Source: an uncultured delta proteobacterium (GTDB lineage Bacteria > Myxococcota_A > Polyangia > Polyangiales > Houyiibacteriaceae). From it: a stretch of DNA of 64,000 bases. The translations under genes and the position numbers were made by a program. Shown in pieces: positions 10,233-21,265 of this stretch. The notes under the pieces were generated by a model. It was given only the letters and a program-made list of their open reading frames with translations. It was not told the origin of the DNA and made no database searches. How positions within the stretch are numbered: position 1 is the first letter of the stretch; the number at the start of each line of letters is the position of its first letter. The stretch covers positions 1,202,212-1,266,211 of the forward strand of contig CAWJRH010000001.1 of assembly GCA_963845195.1 (NCBI GenBank), given 5' to 3'.

Positions 10233-11192
10233 TCAGTCGAACCATCCATGCTTCCGAAAGAACCAAACGCCACCGGCGCCCACCAGTGCCATCAGGCCCA
10301 AGGCGGCAGGGTACGCGTAGGGATCGTCGAGTTCAGGCATGTACTCGAAGTTCATTCCCCAGATGCCCGCGAGGAGCGTCAAAGGCAGGAACACGGCCGA
10401 GAGCATCGTCAGCACGCCGAGGCGCCGGCTGAGCAGCTCCTGCTTCACGTCTTGATATCTGCGATGCAGGTTCTCTGCGCGAACATCGAGGCGGTCCACG
10501 AGGCGATTGGTGGCCGACGCCGTCGTCGTCATCAAACCGAGAGGGCCTTCGAGACCTTCGGTCGTGAACCCCGCGCCGACGGCGTGAGGAAGAAGGGCGC
10601 AAACTTCATCCTGCTCTTCTGCGATGGCGTCGGTAAGAAGCACCTGGTTCTTCAACCGCTCGAGATCGTCCTCGCTGAACTCGTCGATGCTGGCATCGAT
10701 GCGCGCACCGTGCTCCAAGAGTTCGAGGCGAAGCCGTCGTGCGGCACGCGCCGTGACCTCGCATTGTGCGTAAAGTAAGCCGCATACGATGCTCGACGTG
10801 GACATCTGTTCGAGGTCCATTTCAGTCATCGCTTTGACGAGATGACCGCTGCCTTCAATCGGGTCGGCGTGCATCGTTAGGAGAAGGTTCGGCAAGCAAA
10901 GGGCAGCAACATTGGTGCGCATCGTGCAAGCCCTGTCTGCGAATACGGGCATCTCGATGAAGGTGCCATGGCGAAGCGCGATCACCGCCGCGCTGTCGCC
11001 GAGGTCGAGGCAGCGCCTTCGCAGCAGACCATCAACTCCGATTCGCTCGAGAAATGCTTCGAGTGCACTGGGTTCCATGCCTTCGAGGTCGAACCAAAAC
11101 GACCCATCATCGCGGACCCAGCGGTCTACCGCGCGGTCCGGGTCTTGAGACTCGAGGCCCGTCTCCCCGAGTGCGAAACACCGTTTTTGCAC
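10233..11192 (-). CDS. CorA/ZntB family divalent cation transporter
   Basis: Two C-terminal TM helices with FLPLT..AGIWGMNFEYMPEL signature; GTG start inferred. Confidence 0.88.
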   Translation of the reverse strand: MQKRCFALGETGLESQDPDRAVDRWVRDDGSFWFDLEGMEPSALEAFLERIGVDGLLRRRCLDLGDSAAVIALRHGTFIEMPVFADRACTMRTNVAALCLPNLLLTMHADPIEGSGHLVKAMTEMDLEQMSTSSIVCGLLYAQCEVTARAARRLRLELLEHGARIDASIDEFSEDDLERLKNQVLLTDAIAEEQDEVCALLPHAVGAGFTTEGLEGPLGLMTTTASATNRLVDRLDVRAENLHRRYQDVKQELLSRRLGVLTMLSAVFLPLTLLAGIWGMNFEYMPELDDPYAYPAALGLMALVGAGGVWFFRKHGWFD

Positions 11193-11285
11193 TCCGGCCT
11201 TATACCGCGGACTTCGAGCCTGGCACACGGGTCGATCTATCTCTAAGGTTCGCCCCGTTCTCGCGTAGAACGAAGGAGGTGGTCC

Positions 11286-12989
11286 ATGGTCCGTATTTCG
11301 AAGTTCACCCTGCTGGCATCTGTGCTTGCGCTCGCCGCCTGCGGCCGCGATGCCGCGCCAGCCCAGGAGGCGGAAGCTGCCGCCGAGGCCACGGCCTCTT
11401 CACCCAGCAGCGCTGCGACTCCAAGCGCCACCTCGGTGACGAACTGGGAGCCCGCGAAGGTCAACTACGAGCCGAGTGCTGTCTCCTTGGTGAAGACCAG
11501 CGACGTGATCGAGGCTGGCAAAGGGGACGGACGTCCCAATATACTCATCATCTGGGGCGACGATATCGGGCAGTCGAACATCAGCGCGTACACGATGGGC
11601 TTGGTAGGCTACCGCACGCCGAACATCGACCGCGTCGCCCAGGAGGGCATGATCTTCACCGACTACTACGGCGAGCAAAGCTGTACCGCCGGGCGCTCGA
11701 CGTTCATCACGGGGCAGTCCGTGTACCGAACGGGGCTCTCGAAAGTCGGTATGCCGGGAGCTGCACAGGGCCTTTCGGCCAAAGATCCTACGATTGCCGA
11801 GCTCCTGAAACCGCTGGGGTACGCGACCGGCCAGTTTGGCAAGAACCACCTCGGCGACAAAGACGAGCACCTGCCGAGCAACCATGGGTTCGACGAGTTT
11901 CTCGGGAACCTCTACCACCTCAACGCAGAAGAGGAACCAGAGAACGCCGACTACCCCAAGGACCCGGCTTTCCGTGAACGCTTCGGCCCGCGCGGTGTCA
12001 TCAAGAGCTCGGCTGACGGCAAGATCGAAGACACCGGCCCGCTCACGAAGAAGCGGATGGAAACCGTCGACGACGAGACCGTAGCCGCGGCTCTCGGCTT
12101 CATCGAGCGCCAACACGAGGCCGGCAACAAGTTCTTCGTCTGGTGGAACGGTACCCGCATGCATTTCCGCACGCACGTGAAGCCCGAGCTCCGCGGGATC
12201 TCCGGCCAGAACGAGTACGCGGACGGAATGGTCGAACACGACCGTCATGTCGGCATGCTGCTCGACAAGCTCGACGAGCTCGGGATTACGGACGACACGA
12301 TCGTGCTCTACAGCACCGACAATGGCCCCCATTCGAACAGTTGGCCTGACGCGGCCGTCACGCCGTTCCGCGGCGAGAAAAACACCAACTGGGAGGGCGG
12401 CTGGCGCGTGCCCGCGATGGTACGCTGGCCCGGAAGAGTCCCTGCAGGCACCGTCTCGAACGGGATCATGGCCCATCTCGACTGGATGCCCACGCTGCTT
12501 GCCGTCGCCGGTGCGCCTGACGTCAAGAAGGAGCTCCTCACCGGCTATCGCGCGGGAGGCAAGACGTTCAAGGTTCATCTCGACGGGTACAACCAGCTCG
12601 ACATGCTCCTCGGCAATGGTCCGAGCGCGCGACGAGAACTTTTCTACTTCTCCGACGACGGCGACCTCACCGCGCTTCGGTGGAACGACTGGAAGACCGT
12701 GTTCATGGAGCAGCGGGCTCAGGGTACGCTGCAGGTCTGGGCCGAGCCCTTCGTGAAGCTCCGACTGCCGAAGCTCTTCAATCTTCGGCGCGATCCCTAC
12801 GAGCGGGCAGACATTACTTCCAACACCTACTGGGACTGGTTGCTCGACCGTGCGTATGTGATGGCCGGTGCGCAGGCGGTCGTCGGGCGGTTCATCGCCA
12901 CGTTCGAGGAGTTCCCGCCGCGGCAGAAGCCCGGCAGCTTCACGGTCGGCGATGCGCTCGAAGAGATCGGGTCCGCAAACGTCCAGTAG
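11286..12989 (+). CDS. Arylsulfatase-family lipoprotein (paralog 1)
   Basis: Lipobox [22 protein letters not shown] formylglycine motif, GKNHLG, STDNG, GEKNT. Confidence 0.92.
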   Translation: MVRISKFTLLASVLALAACGRDAAPAQEAEAAAEATASSPSSAATPSATSVTNWEPAKVNYEPSAVSLVKTSDVIEAGKGDGRPNILIIWGDDIGQSNISAYTMGLVGYRTPNIDRVAQEGMIFTDYYGEQSCTAGRSTFITGQSVYRTGLSKVGMPGAAQGLSAKDPTIAELLKPLGYATGQFGKNHLGDKDEHLPSNHGFDEFLGNLYHLNAEEEPENADYPKDPAFRERFGPRGVIKSSADGKIEDTGPLTKKRMETVDDETVAAALGFIERQHEAGNKFFVWWNGTRMHFRTHVKPELRGISGQNEYADGMVEHDRHVGMLLDKLDELGITDDTIVLYSTDNGPHSNSWPDAAVTPFRGEKNTNWEGGWRVPAMVRWPGRVPAGTVSNGIMAHLDWMPTLLAVAGAPDVKKELLTGYRAGGKTFKVHLDGYNQLDMLLGNGPSARRELFYFSDDGDLTALRWNDWKTVFMEQRAQGTLQVWAEPFVKLRLPKLFNLRRDPYERADITSNTYWDWLLDRAYVMAGAQAVVGRFIATFEEFPPRQKPGSFTVGDALEEIGSANVQ

Positions 12990-13054
12990 CGACGCGTCTG
13001 CGGGGCAGGGGTCGGGTTCATCGACTCCTGTCCATCGCAAGCCTAGAGAAGTCA

Positions 13055-14023
<969 letters not shown>

Positions 14024-14032
14024 AGAATCCCC

Positions 14033-14983
14033 ATGGCGCCGGCGCGACAACCGATTCCGAACGTCTATGTGAGCCTTCACGAGCTTGCTGCCCTCCAGCA
14101 TGCCGGGCAGGGCTTCACCTTTTTGCCGAGGCAGCCCGTGACTAGTCTGCTTTCGGGTAGGCGGGCTTCCCGGCTTCGTGGACGCGGCCTGACGTTCGAG
14201 GAGATGCGCCTCTACCAGGTAGGCGACGACCCGCGCACGATCGATTGGAAGGCCACGGCGCGGACTCAGAAAACCCACGTCCGAGTGTATACGGAGGAAC
14301 GGGAGCGCCCCGTGCTGCTCGTAGTGGATCAGCGCCTGTCGATGTTCTTCGGCAGCCAGCACTGCCTCAAGTCGGTGACCGCTGCGCGGGCCGCGGCGCT
14401 TTCGGCATGGCGCGTGGTCGGCGTTGGCGATCGCGTCGGGGCGGTGGTCTTCAACGACTCCGATGCGACCGAGATCAAGCCTCAGCGAAGCAAGCGTCAC
14501 GTGATGCGTCTGCTGAGTGTCGTTCAAGATTTCAACCACCGGCTCGATGCGCAGCGCGACGAGTCGGGTGACCACGCGGCTCTCAACCGCGCGCTCGAGC
14601 ACGCGCAGCGGTTGGTAACCCATGACTACCTCGTCGCCATCATCAGTGACTTCAATGGTGCCGACGCGACGACGCAAAAGCTCGTGACCGAGTTGCGTCG
14701 TCACAACGACGTGCTGGCGATTCGGGTATTCGATCCGCTCGAGACCGAACTGCCGGACCTCGGCTCGGTGGTCGTGAGCGACGGGTCCTTGCAGCTCGAG
14801 GTCGACACTCGAAACGATACGCTGCGCCAACAGTTCGGTGACGGCTACCGGGATCTGTCTTCGCGGCTCGAAGCGTTTTCGGTCCGCTACGACGTTCCCA
14901 CGCTCACTCTGTCCACGGCTCGAGATGTTCCCGAGCAGGTTCGCGAGACGCTCGGGCGCCGCGCGCAGACCAGGCGGGCCTGA
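14033..14983 (+). CDS. DUF58 domain protein
   Basis: RGLTFEEMRLYQVGDDPRTIDWKATAR; follows MoxR. Confidence 0.92.
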   Translation: MAPARQPIPNVYVSLHELAALQHAGQGFTFLPRQPVTSLLSGRRASRLRGRGLTFEEMRLYQVGDDPRTIDWKATARTQKTHVRVYTEERERPVLLVVDQRLSMFFGSQHCLKSVTAARAAALSAWRVVGVGDRVGAVVFNDSDATEIKPQRSKRHVMRLLSVVQDFNHRLDAQRDESGDHAALNRALEHAQRLVTHDYLVAIISDFNGADATTQKLVTELRRHNDVLAIRVFDPLETELPDLGSVVVSDGSLQLEVDTRNDTLRQQFGDGYRDLSSRLEAFSVRYDVPTLTLSTARDVPEQVRETLGRRAQTRRA

Positions 14984-14986
14984 ACG

Positions 14987-15493
14987 ATGGAGCGCCCTGG
15001 GTTCCTACGAGACGGATTTGGGACGGTCGCGCGCCCCGGCTGGGAAGAGATCTTCGTCCCCGACTCCATTGCGCTGACGCCGCAGACCGTGGGCTGGAAA
15101 CTCTTGGCAGGGCTGATTCTGGGGCTCGCGGTCTGGGCCTTGGTTCGCCTGGTGCGTCGCTATCGAGCAAATCGCTATCGTCGCGCGGCGCTCGCCGAGC
15201 TCGAAGGCCTGCGAGGAACCGACGCCAACGAGGCTTCCCTGGGCGCGATTCCGGAGATTCTGAAGCGGACGGCTCTGTGCGCGTTTCCCCGGAGCAAAGT
15301 GGCATCGCTCACTGGAGGCGAGTGGCGCGCGTTTTTGGACGCGACCTGTCCGGACGCGGGCTTCGACCCCGAGCTCGGTGACGCGCTTGCGAGTCTCTCG
15401 TACCGCGGCCCCGAAACCGTACCCCCGGCGACCGCAGCACGTCTCTACGAGGCGAGCGCACGCTGGATTCGAGGTCATCGTGCTCCAGTTTGA
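14987..15493 (+). CDS. DUF4381 membrane protein
   Basis: PQTVGW, TM helix, NRYRRAALAEL, LKRTAL, SLTGGEW; usual position in MoxR/Bat clusters. Confidence 0.8.
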   Translation: MERPGFLRDGFGTVARPGWEEIFVPDSIALTPQTVGWKLLAGLILGLAVWALVRLVRRYRANRYRRAALAELEGLRGTDANEASLGAIPEILKRTALCAFPRSKVASLTGGEWRAFLDATCPDAGFDPELGDALASLSYRGPETVPPATAARLYEASARWIRGHRAPV

Positions 15494-16493
15494 TTCCGTC
15501 TGGGCGTTTCTGCTGCTTCCGCTGCCGATATTGGTCTGGTGGCTGACCCCTCCTCATCAGCAGCGGGTCGAAGCCGTTCGTGCGCCGTTCTTCGCGCGAC
15601 TTGCAGCCCTCACGGGTCAGCGCGGATCTCGGGGGTCGGTCGTGCTGACGAGGTCCACGACCGGTTGGGTCGTGCTGCTGGTCTCTTGGCTGAGCCTCGT
15701 GACGGCACTCGCGCGCCCGATCTGGCTCGGCGAGCCGCAGACGACGGCCAAGTCGGCTCGCGATCTCATGCTGGCGGTGGATCTCTCGGGCTCGATGGAC
15801 ATTACGGATTTCGTCGACCCGGCGGGCGACCGGCGCACGCGGCTCGATGGCGTCAAAGAGGTGCTCGGCGGCTTCATCGAGAAACGACAGGGAGACCGAA
15901 TCGGCCTCATCGTATTTGGCGCCGCGCCCTTCGTGCAGGTCCCGTTCACGCTCGACACCGGGGTCACCCGTGAACTGCTTTCGGAGGCTACCGTGGGCAT
16001 GGCCGGCGATCAGACCGCCATCGGAGACTCGATCGGCCTCGCGGTGCGCATCTTCAAGAACAGCGAAGCGTCGAACCGGGTGTTGATGATTCTCACCGAC
16101 GGCAACGACACCGGAAGTCTCGTGCCTCCGCTCCAGGCAGCGGAGATCGCGGCGACTGAAGACATCACCGTGTACGTCGTCGGCGTTGGTGACCCAGCCG
16201 CTGCAGGCGAGGAGCGGCTCAACGAGGAGGTCCTGAGGGCCATCGCCGAGCGTACGGGCGGCAGTTACTTCTTCGCCGGGGACGAGGGCGAGCTCGAGAC
16301 GATCTATGCAGAGCTCGACCGACTCGAGGCGATCGAATTCGAATCGACTACGTTCGTGCCCCGCAGGGAGCTGTTCTATTGGCCCCTCGCCGTGTCGCTC
16401 CTCGCATGGATTCTCTTCTCGGCGCTGGCCTGGCTGCGCGTATCGCGCAAAAGAACTTTGGCCGTCTCCGCAGAGGAGACTGCCGATGCTTGA
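15480..16493 (+). CDS. VWA domain membrane protein (BatA-like)
   Basis: LARP, intact MIDAS VDLSGSM, GDRIGLIVFG, TAIGDSIG, LTDGND. Confidence 0.92.
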   Translation: MLQFDSVWAFLLLPLPILVWWLTPPHQQRVEAVRAPFFARLAALTGQRGSRGSVVLTRSTTGWVVLLVSWLSLVTALARPIWLGEPQTTAKSARDLMLAVDLSGSMDITDFVDPAGDRRTRLDGVKEVLGGFIEKRQGDRIGLIVFGAAPFVQVPFTLDTGVTRELLSEATVGMAGDQTAIGDSIGLAVRIFKNSEASNRVLMILTDGNDTGSLVPPLQAAEIAATEDITVYVVGVGDPAAAGEERLNEEVLRAIAERTGGSYFFAGDEGELETIYAELDRLEAIEFESTTFVPRRELFYWPLAVSLLAWILFSALAWLRVSRKRTLAVSAEETADA

Positions 16494-18069
16494 CTGGCTC
16501 CTCGACTTCCATTTCTTGAGGCCGCTCTGGCTCCTCGGGGTCCTGCCTTTTCTCGGCCTGTGGGCTGCGATTCGAAAAGCAGACCGGCTGCCTCCAAGCT
16601 GGCGCCAGGCGATCGTCCCCGAGCTTCTCGAGCACTTGGTGACGAGCCAACGAGACTCGCGGGGGCTGCGACCGTTGAGTCTCCTCGTACCGGTGGGATT
16701 GCTCGGGTGTGTCGCAATGGCTGGTCCGGCCTGGGAGCTCGTCGATACGCCGCTTGGCCCGGACCGCTCGGCGCTGGTCGTTGCGTTCGAGCTTTCCGAC
16801 ACGATGGACGGGCGCGACGTGGGTCCAACCCGCGCCGAACGCGCCCGATTCAAAGTCAAAGATCTGCTCGAGGCTCGCGGGGCTGGGCAGACCGGGCTCG
16901 TCGCCTATGCGGGAAGCGCGCATGTGGTGATGCCGCTGACCGACGACGACGCGGTCGTGGTCCCCTACCTCGACGCATTGAGCCCCGAAATCATGCCCGT
17001 CCCCGGCAACGCGTTGGAGAACGCAGTTCCGATCCTCGGCGCCATGCTCGACTCGGCCAAGGCGCCAGGCACAATCCTTCTCGTCACCGACGGAGTCACG
17101 CCGGCGGGCGCTGACGCGTTGACTGCCCTGGTATCGCAAACCGATGCCGAGCTCGTGATTTACGAAGTGGGAACCGACCGCGGGGATGAAGGGCGTGCGG
17201 TCCCGGCTCTCGATGAAGCAAGCCTCGGCCGTCTCGCGCGCGCAACGGGAGCGGCGCAGGTGCGTCTAACCATTGGCGAGGGCGACGTGCGTCGAGTCCT
17301 GCGGATCCTAGACCGTCATCGGCGCAGCAGCGTCGAGCCGGGCGATGCCGCGCTGTGGAAAGACGCGGGCTACTATCTGCTTTTTCCATTGGCTGCTCTT
17401 CTGCTGTTCTGGTTTCGGCGAGGCTGGGTGCTGCGGCTTCCTTACGCTGCAGCAGTTTTGCTGTCGGTTTCGCTGTCCGGGTGCGCCGGAGATCGGTTCG
17501 CCGATCTCTGGTTCACGCCCGACCAACAGGGACAGCGGCTCTTCGACCGCGGAAAGTTCACCGAAGCTGCAGAACGCTTCGATCAACCGATGTGGCGCGG
17601 CGTTGCGTACTACGCGGCCGAAGATTGGGCTTCCGCGATCGAGGCATTCGCTCAGGTGACGACGCCCGAGGGCTACTACAATCTCGGCAACGCCTACGCG
17701 CAGAATCGACAGTACATCACTGCGATTCAGCAGTACGACCAGGCGCTCGGGCTCCGGCCAACATTCCGAGAAGCGCGCAGCAACCGGGATCTTCTCCAAG
17801 ACATCCTCGACGGTATGCAGGAGTCAGTCGACCCCGAGGAAACCCCCAAAGGCCCTCCGCCAGACAGCGGGGAAGACTCGGTCGAACTGCGTGAGGACCA
17901 GAAGGCACCGGAGGAGCTCCAGTTTCCCTCCTCTCCTTCGGCACAGAAGGCAGATGTGCCTCTCACCGACGAGGCGCTCGAACTGTGGATGCGTCGCGTC
18001 GATACCCGACCCGCCGACTTTCTGGCCCAGAAATTCTCTGCTCAAGCGCCGGGGGGGGCTGCAGAATGA
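16486..18069 (+). CDS. VWA + TPR protein (BatB/BatC-like)
   Basis: FHFLRPLWL, degenerate MIDAS ELSDTM, GLVAYAGSAH..MPLT, WFTPDQQG, TPR YYNLGNAY. Confidence 0.88.
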   Translation: MLDWLLDFHFLRPLWLLGVLPFLGLWAAIRKADRLPPSWRQAIVPELLEHLVTSQRDSRGLRPLSLLVPVGLLGCVAMAGPAWELVDTPLGPDRSALVVAFELSDTMDGRDVGPTRAERARFKVKDLLEARGAGQTGLVAYAGSAHVVMPLTDDDAVVVPYLDALSPEIMPVPGNALENAVPILGAMLDSAKAPGTILLVTDGVTPAGADALTALVSQTDAELVIYEVGTDRGDEGRAVPALDEASLGRLARATGAAQVRLTIGEGDVRRVLRILDRHRRSSVEPGDAALWKDAGYYLLFPLAALLLFWFRRGWVLRLPYAAAVLLSVSLSGCAGDRFADLWFTPDQQGQRLFDRGKFTEAAERFDQPMWRGVAYYAAEDWASAIEAFAQVTTPEGYYNLGNAYAQNRQYITAIQQYDQALGLRPTFREARSNRDLLQDILDGMQESVDPEETPKGPPPDSGEDSVELREDQKAPEELQFPSSPSAQKADVPLTDEALELWMRRVDTRPADFLAQKFSAQAPGGAAE

Positions 18070-19472
18070 AGCCGACGCTGCGACGCTTGAGTGTGGCTCT
18101 GGTGCTGTGTGCGACGTCGGTCGTGCCTCGCTGGTCTCTTGGGCAGTCGCCGATCGGATCGCCGGCACCGAGCGTCGACCCCGCCGCCCAGCCGGCGCCC
18201 ACCGAGGACCCGCGAACCTACGCGCCCCCGAAGGCCCAAGCCGCGCTGCTGACTCCCGAGCCGATTTGGATCAATCAGAAAGCCGAGATCGAAGTTGCTC
18301 TCCGCCGCGATGCGGCCGATCCCAACAAACCGCCGGGCGCGTTCGGCGAGGTTCGCGTCAGGAACGCGATTGCCCTCCGTACCGACTACGCGCCCCCCCC
18401 GTCGGTGGTGACCGAAGCTGGGGTCCGGTACCTCGTGCAGCTTCGACGCTACCTCGTGTTCCCCCAGGTGCCCGGCGTCATCGAAGTCCCGGGCATCGAG
18501 GTGTCCTGGGACGGCGCAGAGGGGAGCCGTATCCGGACAGAGAGTGAGCCCCTGCGATTCGAGGCCGCTCTTCCGTCCGGCGCCGAGGGTTCCGACTTTC
18601 TCGTCGCGCAGTCAGTTCGAATCACGGACTCCATCGATGGTGACCTCAAGCGTCTCAAGGTCGGCGACTCGTTCACGCGAACACTCACCATCACGGCCCG
18701 CGACACCGACGCGATGATGATGCCCATCGTCCCGGCCTATGCACCCTCGGGACTTGCGGCCTACCCGAGTGCGCCAGAGGTGCGTACCAAGATCGATCGG
18801 GGACGCTACGTGGCGAAACGCGTCGAGAGTGTCACCTATGTCGCAGAGCGGTGGGGCGAATACACGCTGCCTGCAATCGAGGTCCGCTGGTTCGAACCCT
18901 CTACAGGGACATGGCACGTCGAAGCCTCGAAGAAGCGCTCGTTCCGGGCACACATCAATCCTCGCCTCGGGCTGTCGGCGTTTGGTCCCATCGAGGACGC
19001 CACCAAGCGCCTCGCAGGCTTCGTCCTGCTCTGTCTGCTTGTCTGGGCCGTGTCTCGCCTTTGGCGACGACGACGCGGTCTGAACGCCGCAGCGGCGCCC
19101 GAGGATTCCAAGCCGCCTGGCCCCGGGGAAGAGCGACTTTTCTGGCGCGTGCAGCGGTTCGCCAATCAGGGTGATGCCCTTGGCGCTCTCAACGCCACCT
19201 ATGCGTGGATTGATGCGCGCAACCACGACGATGAAGGACCGACGCTCGACCCGCCCACGCTCGATGCGCTCGCCGAGCGTTCGCCTTCTCTCCATGAGCC
19301 CGCCGTCGAACTCCAGCGCCGGCTCTTCGCGACACCCAACGATGCGAAGAGCTGGGACGGTCGCGCGTTCGCGACCGCGATTCGAAAGGCGCGCAAGGAT
19401 CACGCAGAAGACCAACGAGAGTACCCGTTGCCGCAACTCAATCCGGGCCACCCAGGAACCGAGTACGAGTAG
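18066..19472 (+). CDS. BatD-like protein
   Basis: Signal peptide, RRYLVFPQVPG, LKVGDSFTRTLTI, YTLPAIEVRWF, TM helix, LPQLNP; last gene of Bat cluster. Confidence 0.78.
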   Translation: MKPTLRRLSVALVLCATSVVPRWSLGQSPIGSPAPSVDPAAQPAPTEDPRTYAPPKAQAALLTPEPIWINQKAEIEVALRRDAADPNKPPGAFGEVRVRNAIALRTDYAPPPSVVTEAGVRYLVQLRRYLVFPQVPGVIEVPGIEVSWDGAEGSRIRTESEPLRFEAALPSGAEGSDFLVAQSVRITDSIDGDLKRLKVGDSFTRTLTITARDTDAMMMPIVPAYAPSGLAAYPSAPEVRTKIDRGRYVAKRVESVTYVAERWGEYTLPAIEVRWFEPSTGTWHVEASKKRSFRAHINPRLGLSAFGPIEDATKRLAGFVLLCLLVWAVSRLWRRRRGLNAAAAPEDSKPPGPGEERLFWRVQRFANQGDALGALNATYAWIDARNHDDEGPTLDPPTLDALAERSPSLHEPAVELQRRLFATPNDAKSWDGRAFATAIRKARKDHAEDQREYPLPQLNPGHPGTEYE

Positions 19473-19547
19473 AGGAAGGTTGCCATGCTCGGCCTTGCGC
19501 CGCTCCTCCCTCCCGAGCTACGCTCCGGCGGCCGTTGGGAGGTTTCG

Positions 19548-21243
19548 ATGAGAAAGCATGTCGCTCTGTTGGTTCTTTCGTGTTCGCTGATGCTTGGCTG
19601 TGGCCGCAGCGACGACTCAGTTAGGCAATCACCCCCTGCTGCAGAGTCGGCGTCGGAACCTGCTGCAGCCCCCGCTGCCTCTCCGTCTGCTCCTGCCTCC
19701 ACCGACTGGCAGCCCAAGAAGCAGATGTTTGCTCCGAGCGCCGTGTCCCTCGTCAAGACGTCTGACGTCATCGAGCAGGGCCAGAACGAAAAGCCCAACA
19801 TCCTCATCATCTGGGGCGACGACATCGGCTACTGGAACCTCAGCGCCTACAACATGGGCATGATGGGCTACTCGACACCCAATATCGACCGCATCGCCAC
19901 CGAGGGAATGATCTTCACCGATGCCTACGGCGAGAACAGCTGCACCGCCGGTCGCGCAGCGTTCATCACCGGGCAGAGTCCGTTTCGCACGGGCCTACTC
20001 AAAGTTGGACTGCCGGGAGCCGATCTCGGACTTCAAGGGGAGGATCCGACCATCGCCGAGCTGCTCAAGCCTCTCGGGTACGCGACGGCGCAGTACGGCA
20101 AGAACCACCTCGGCGACCGCGACGAGCATCTTCCGACGAATCATGGTTTCGACGAGTTCTTGGGCAATCTCTACCACCTGAACGCAGAGCAGGAGCCCGA
20201 GCACCCCGACTACCCGAAAGACCCGAAGTTCAAAGAGCGATTTCGGCCCGCGCGGCGTGATCCGCTCAACCTCCGACGGGAAGATCGAAGACACCGGCCC
20301 GCTCAACAAGAAGCGCATGGAGACCGTCGACGAAGAGGTTCTTGCTGGCGCGCTCGACTTCATCGACCGATCGCACGCCGCGGGGAAGCCGTTCTTCCTC
20401 TGGTTCAACTCGACTCGCATGCACATCTGGACCCACCTAAAACCCGAGTCTCAGGGCGTGACGGGTCAGGGCATTTACGCGGACGGGATGACCGAGCACG
20501 ACGGGCACGTCGGGCAGCTTCTCGACAAGCTCGATGCGCTCGGCATCGCGGACAACACCATCGTGTTCTACTCCACGGACAACGGCGCAGAGCTCATGTC
20601 GTGGCCGGATGGCGGCATGTTGCCGTTTCGCTCCGAGAAGAACAGCACCTGGGAGGGTGGTTTTCGCGTACCCGCCATGGTGCGTTGGCCCGGAAGGATT
20701 CCGGCGGCAGTGATCTCCAACGGCATCCTATCCCACCAAGACTGGCTGCCGACCCTCCTCGCTGCAGCGGGTGAGCCGAACATCAAGGAGAAGCTCCTCG
20801 CCGGCCATCGCGCTGGGGGCAAGACCTTCAAAGTCCACATCGACGGCTACAACCAGCTCGACATGTTCTTGGGCAATGGCCCCAGCGCACGTGCGGAGAT
20901 GTTCTACTTCACCGACGATGGTGGGCTGTCAGGGCTTAGGCACAATGCCTGGAAGGCCCTGTTCACCGTTCAGGAGGCCCACGGATTCGACGTCTGGGTG
21001 GAGCCCTTCACCGCGCTGCGCGTTCCGAAGCTCTTCAACCTGCGGATGGATCCGTTCGAGCGAGCGGACGAAGAGTCTATCAATTACGACCGCTGGCTCA
21101 TCGATCACATGTTCGTCCTGGTCCCGGCGCAGCAGATCGTCGCGAACTTCCTTTCGACCTTCAAGGACTATCCGCCGCGACAGAAGCCATCGAGCTTCAC
21201 GATCGACCAGGTCGTCGAGGAGCTCAGCCCAGCGACTCAGTAG
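19548..21243 (+). pseudogene. Arylsulfatase-family lipoprotein (paralog 2) with +1 frameshift
   Basis: Lipobox LMLGC and SCTAGR in one frame, C-terminal half in another; extra T in cgaTTTcggc at 20241-20243 versus paralog 1 (cgcTTCggc); may be a sequencing error. Confidence 0.85.
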
Positions 21244-21265
21244 TGCGGGCCGCTCCGAGAGGAGT

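Noticed and set aside
11221-11236. Sigma54 promoter (TGGCAC…) upstream of the sulfatase operon
   Set aside because: The -12 element reads TCGA rather than TTGC, so the invariant GC is missing.
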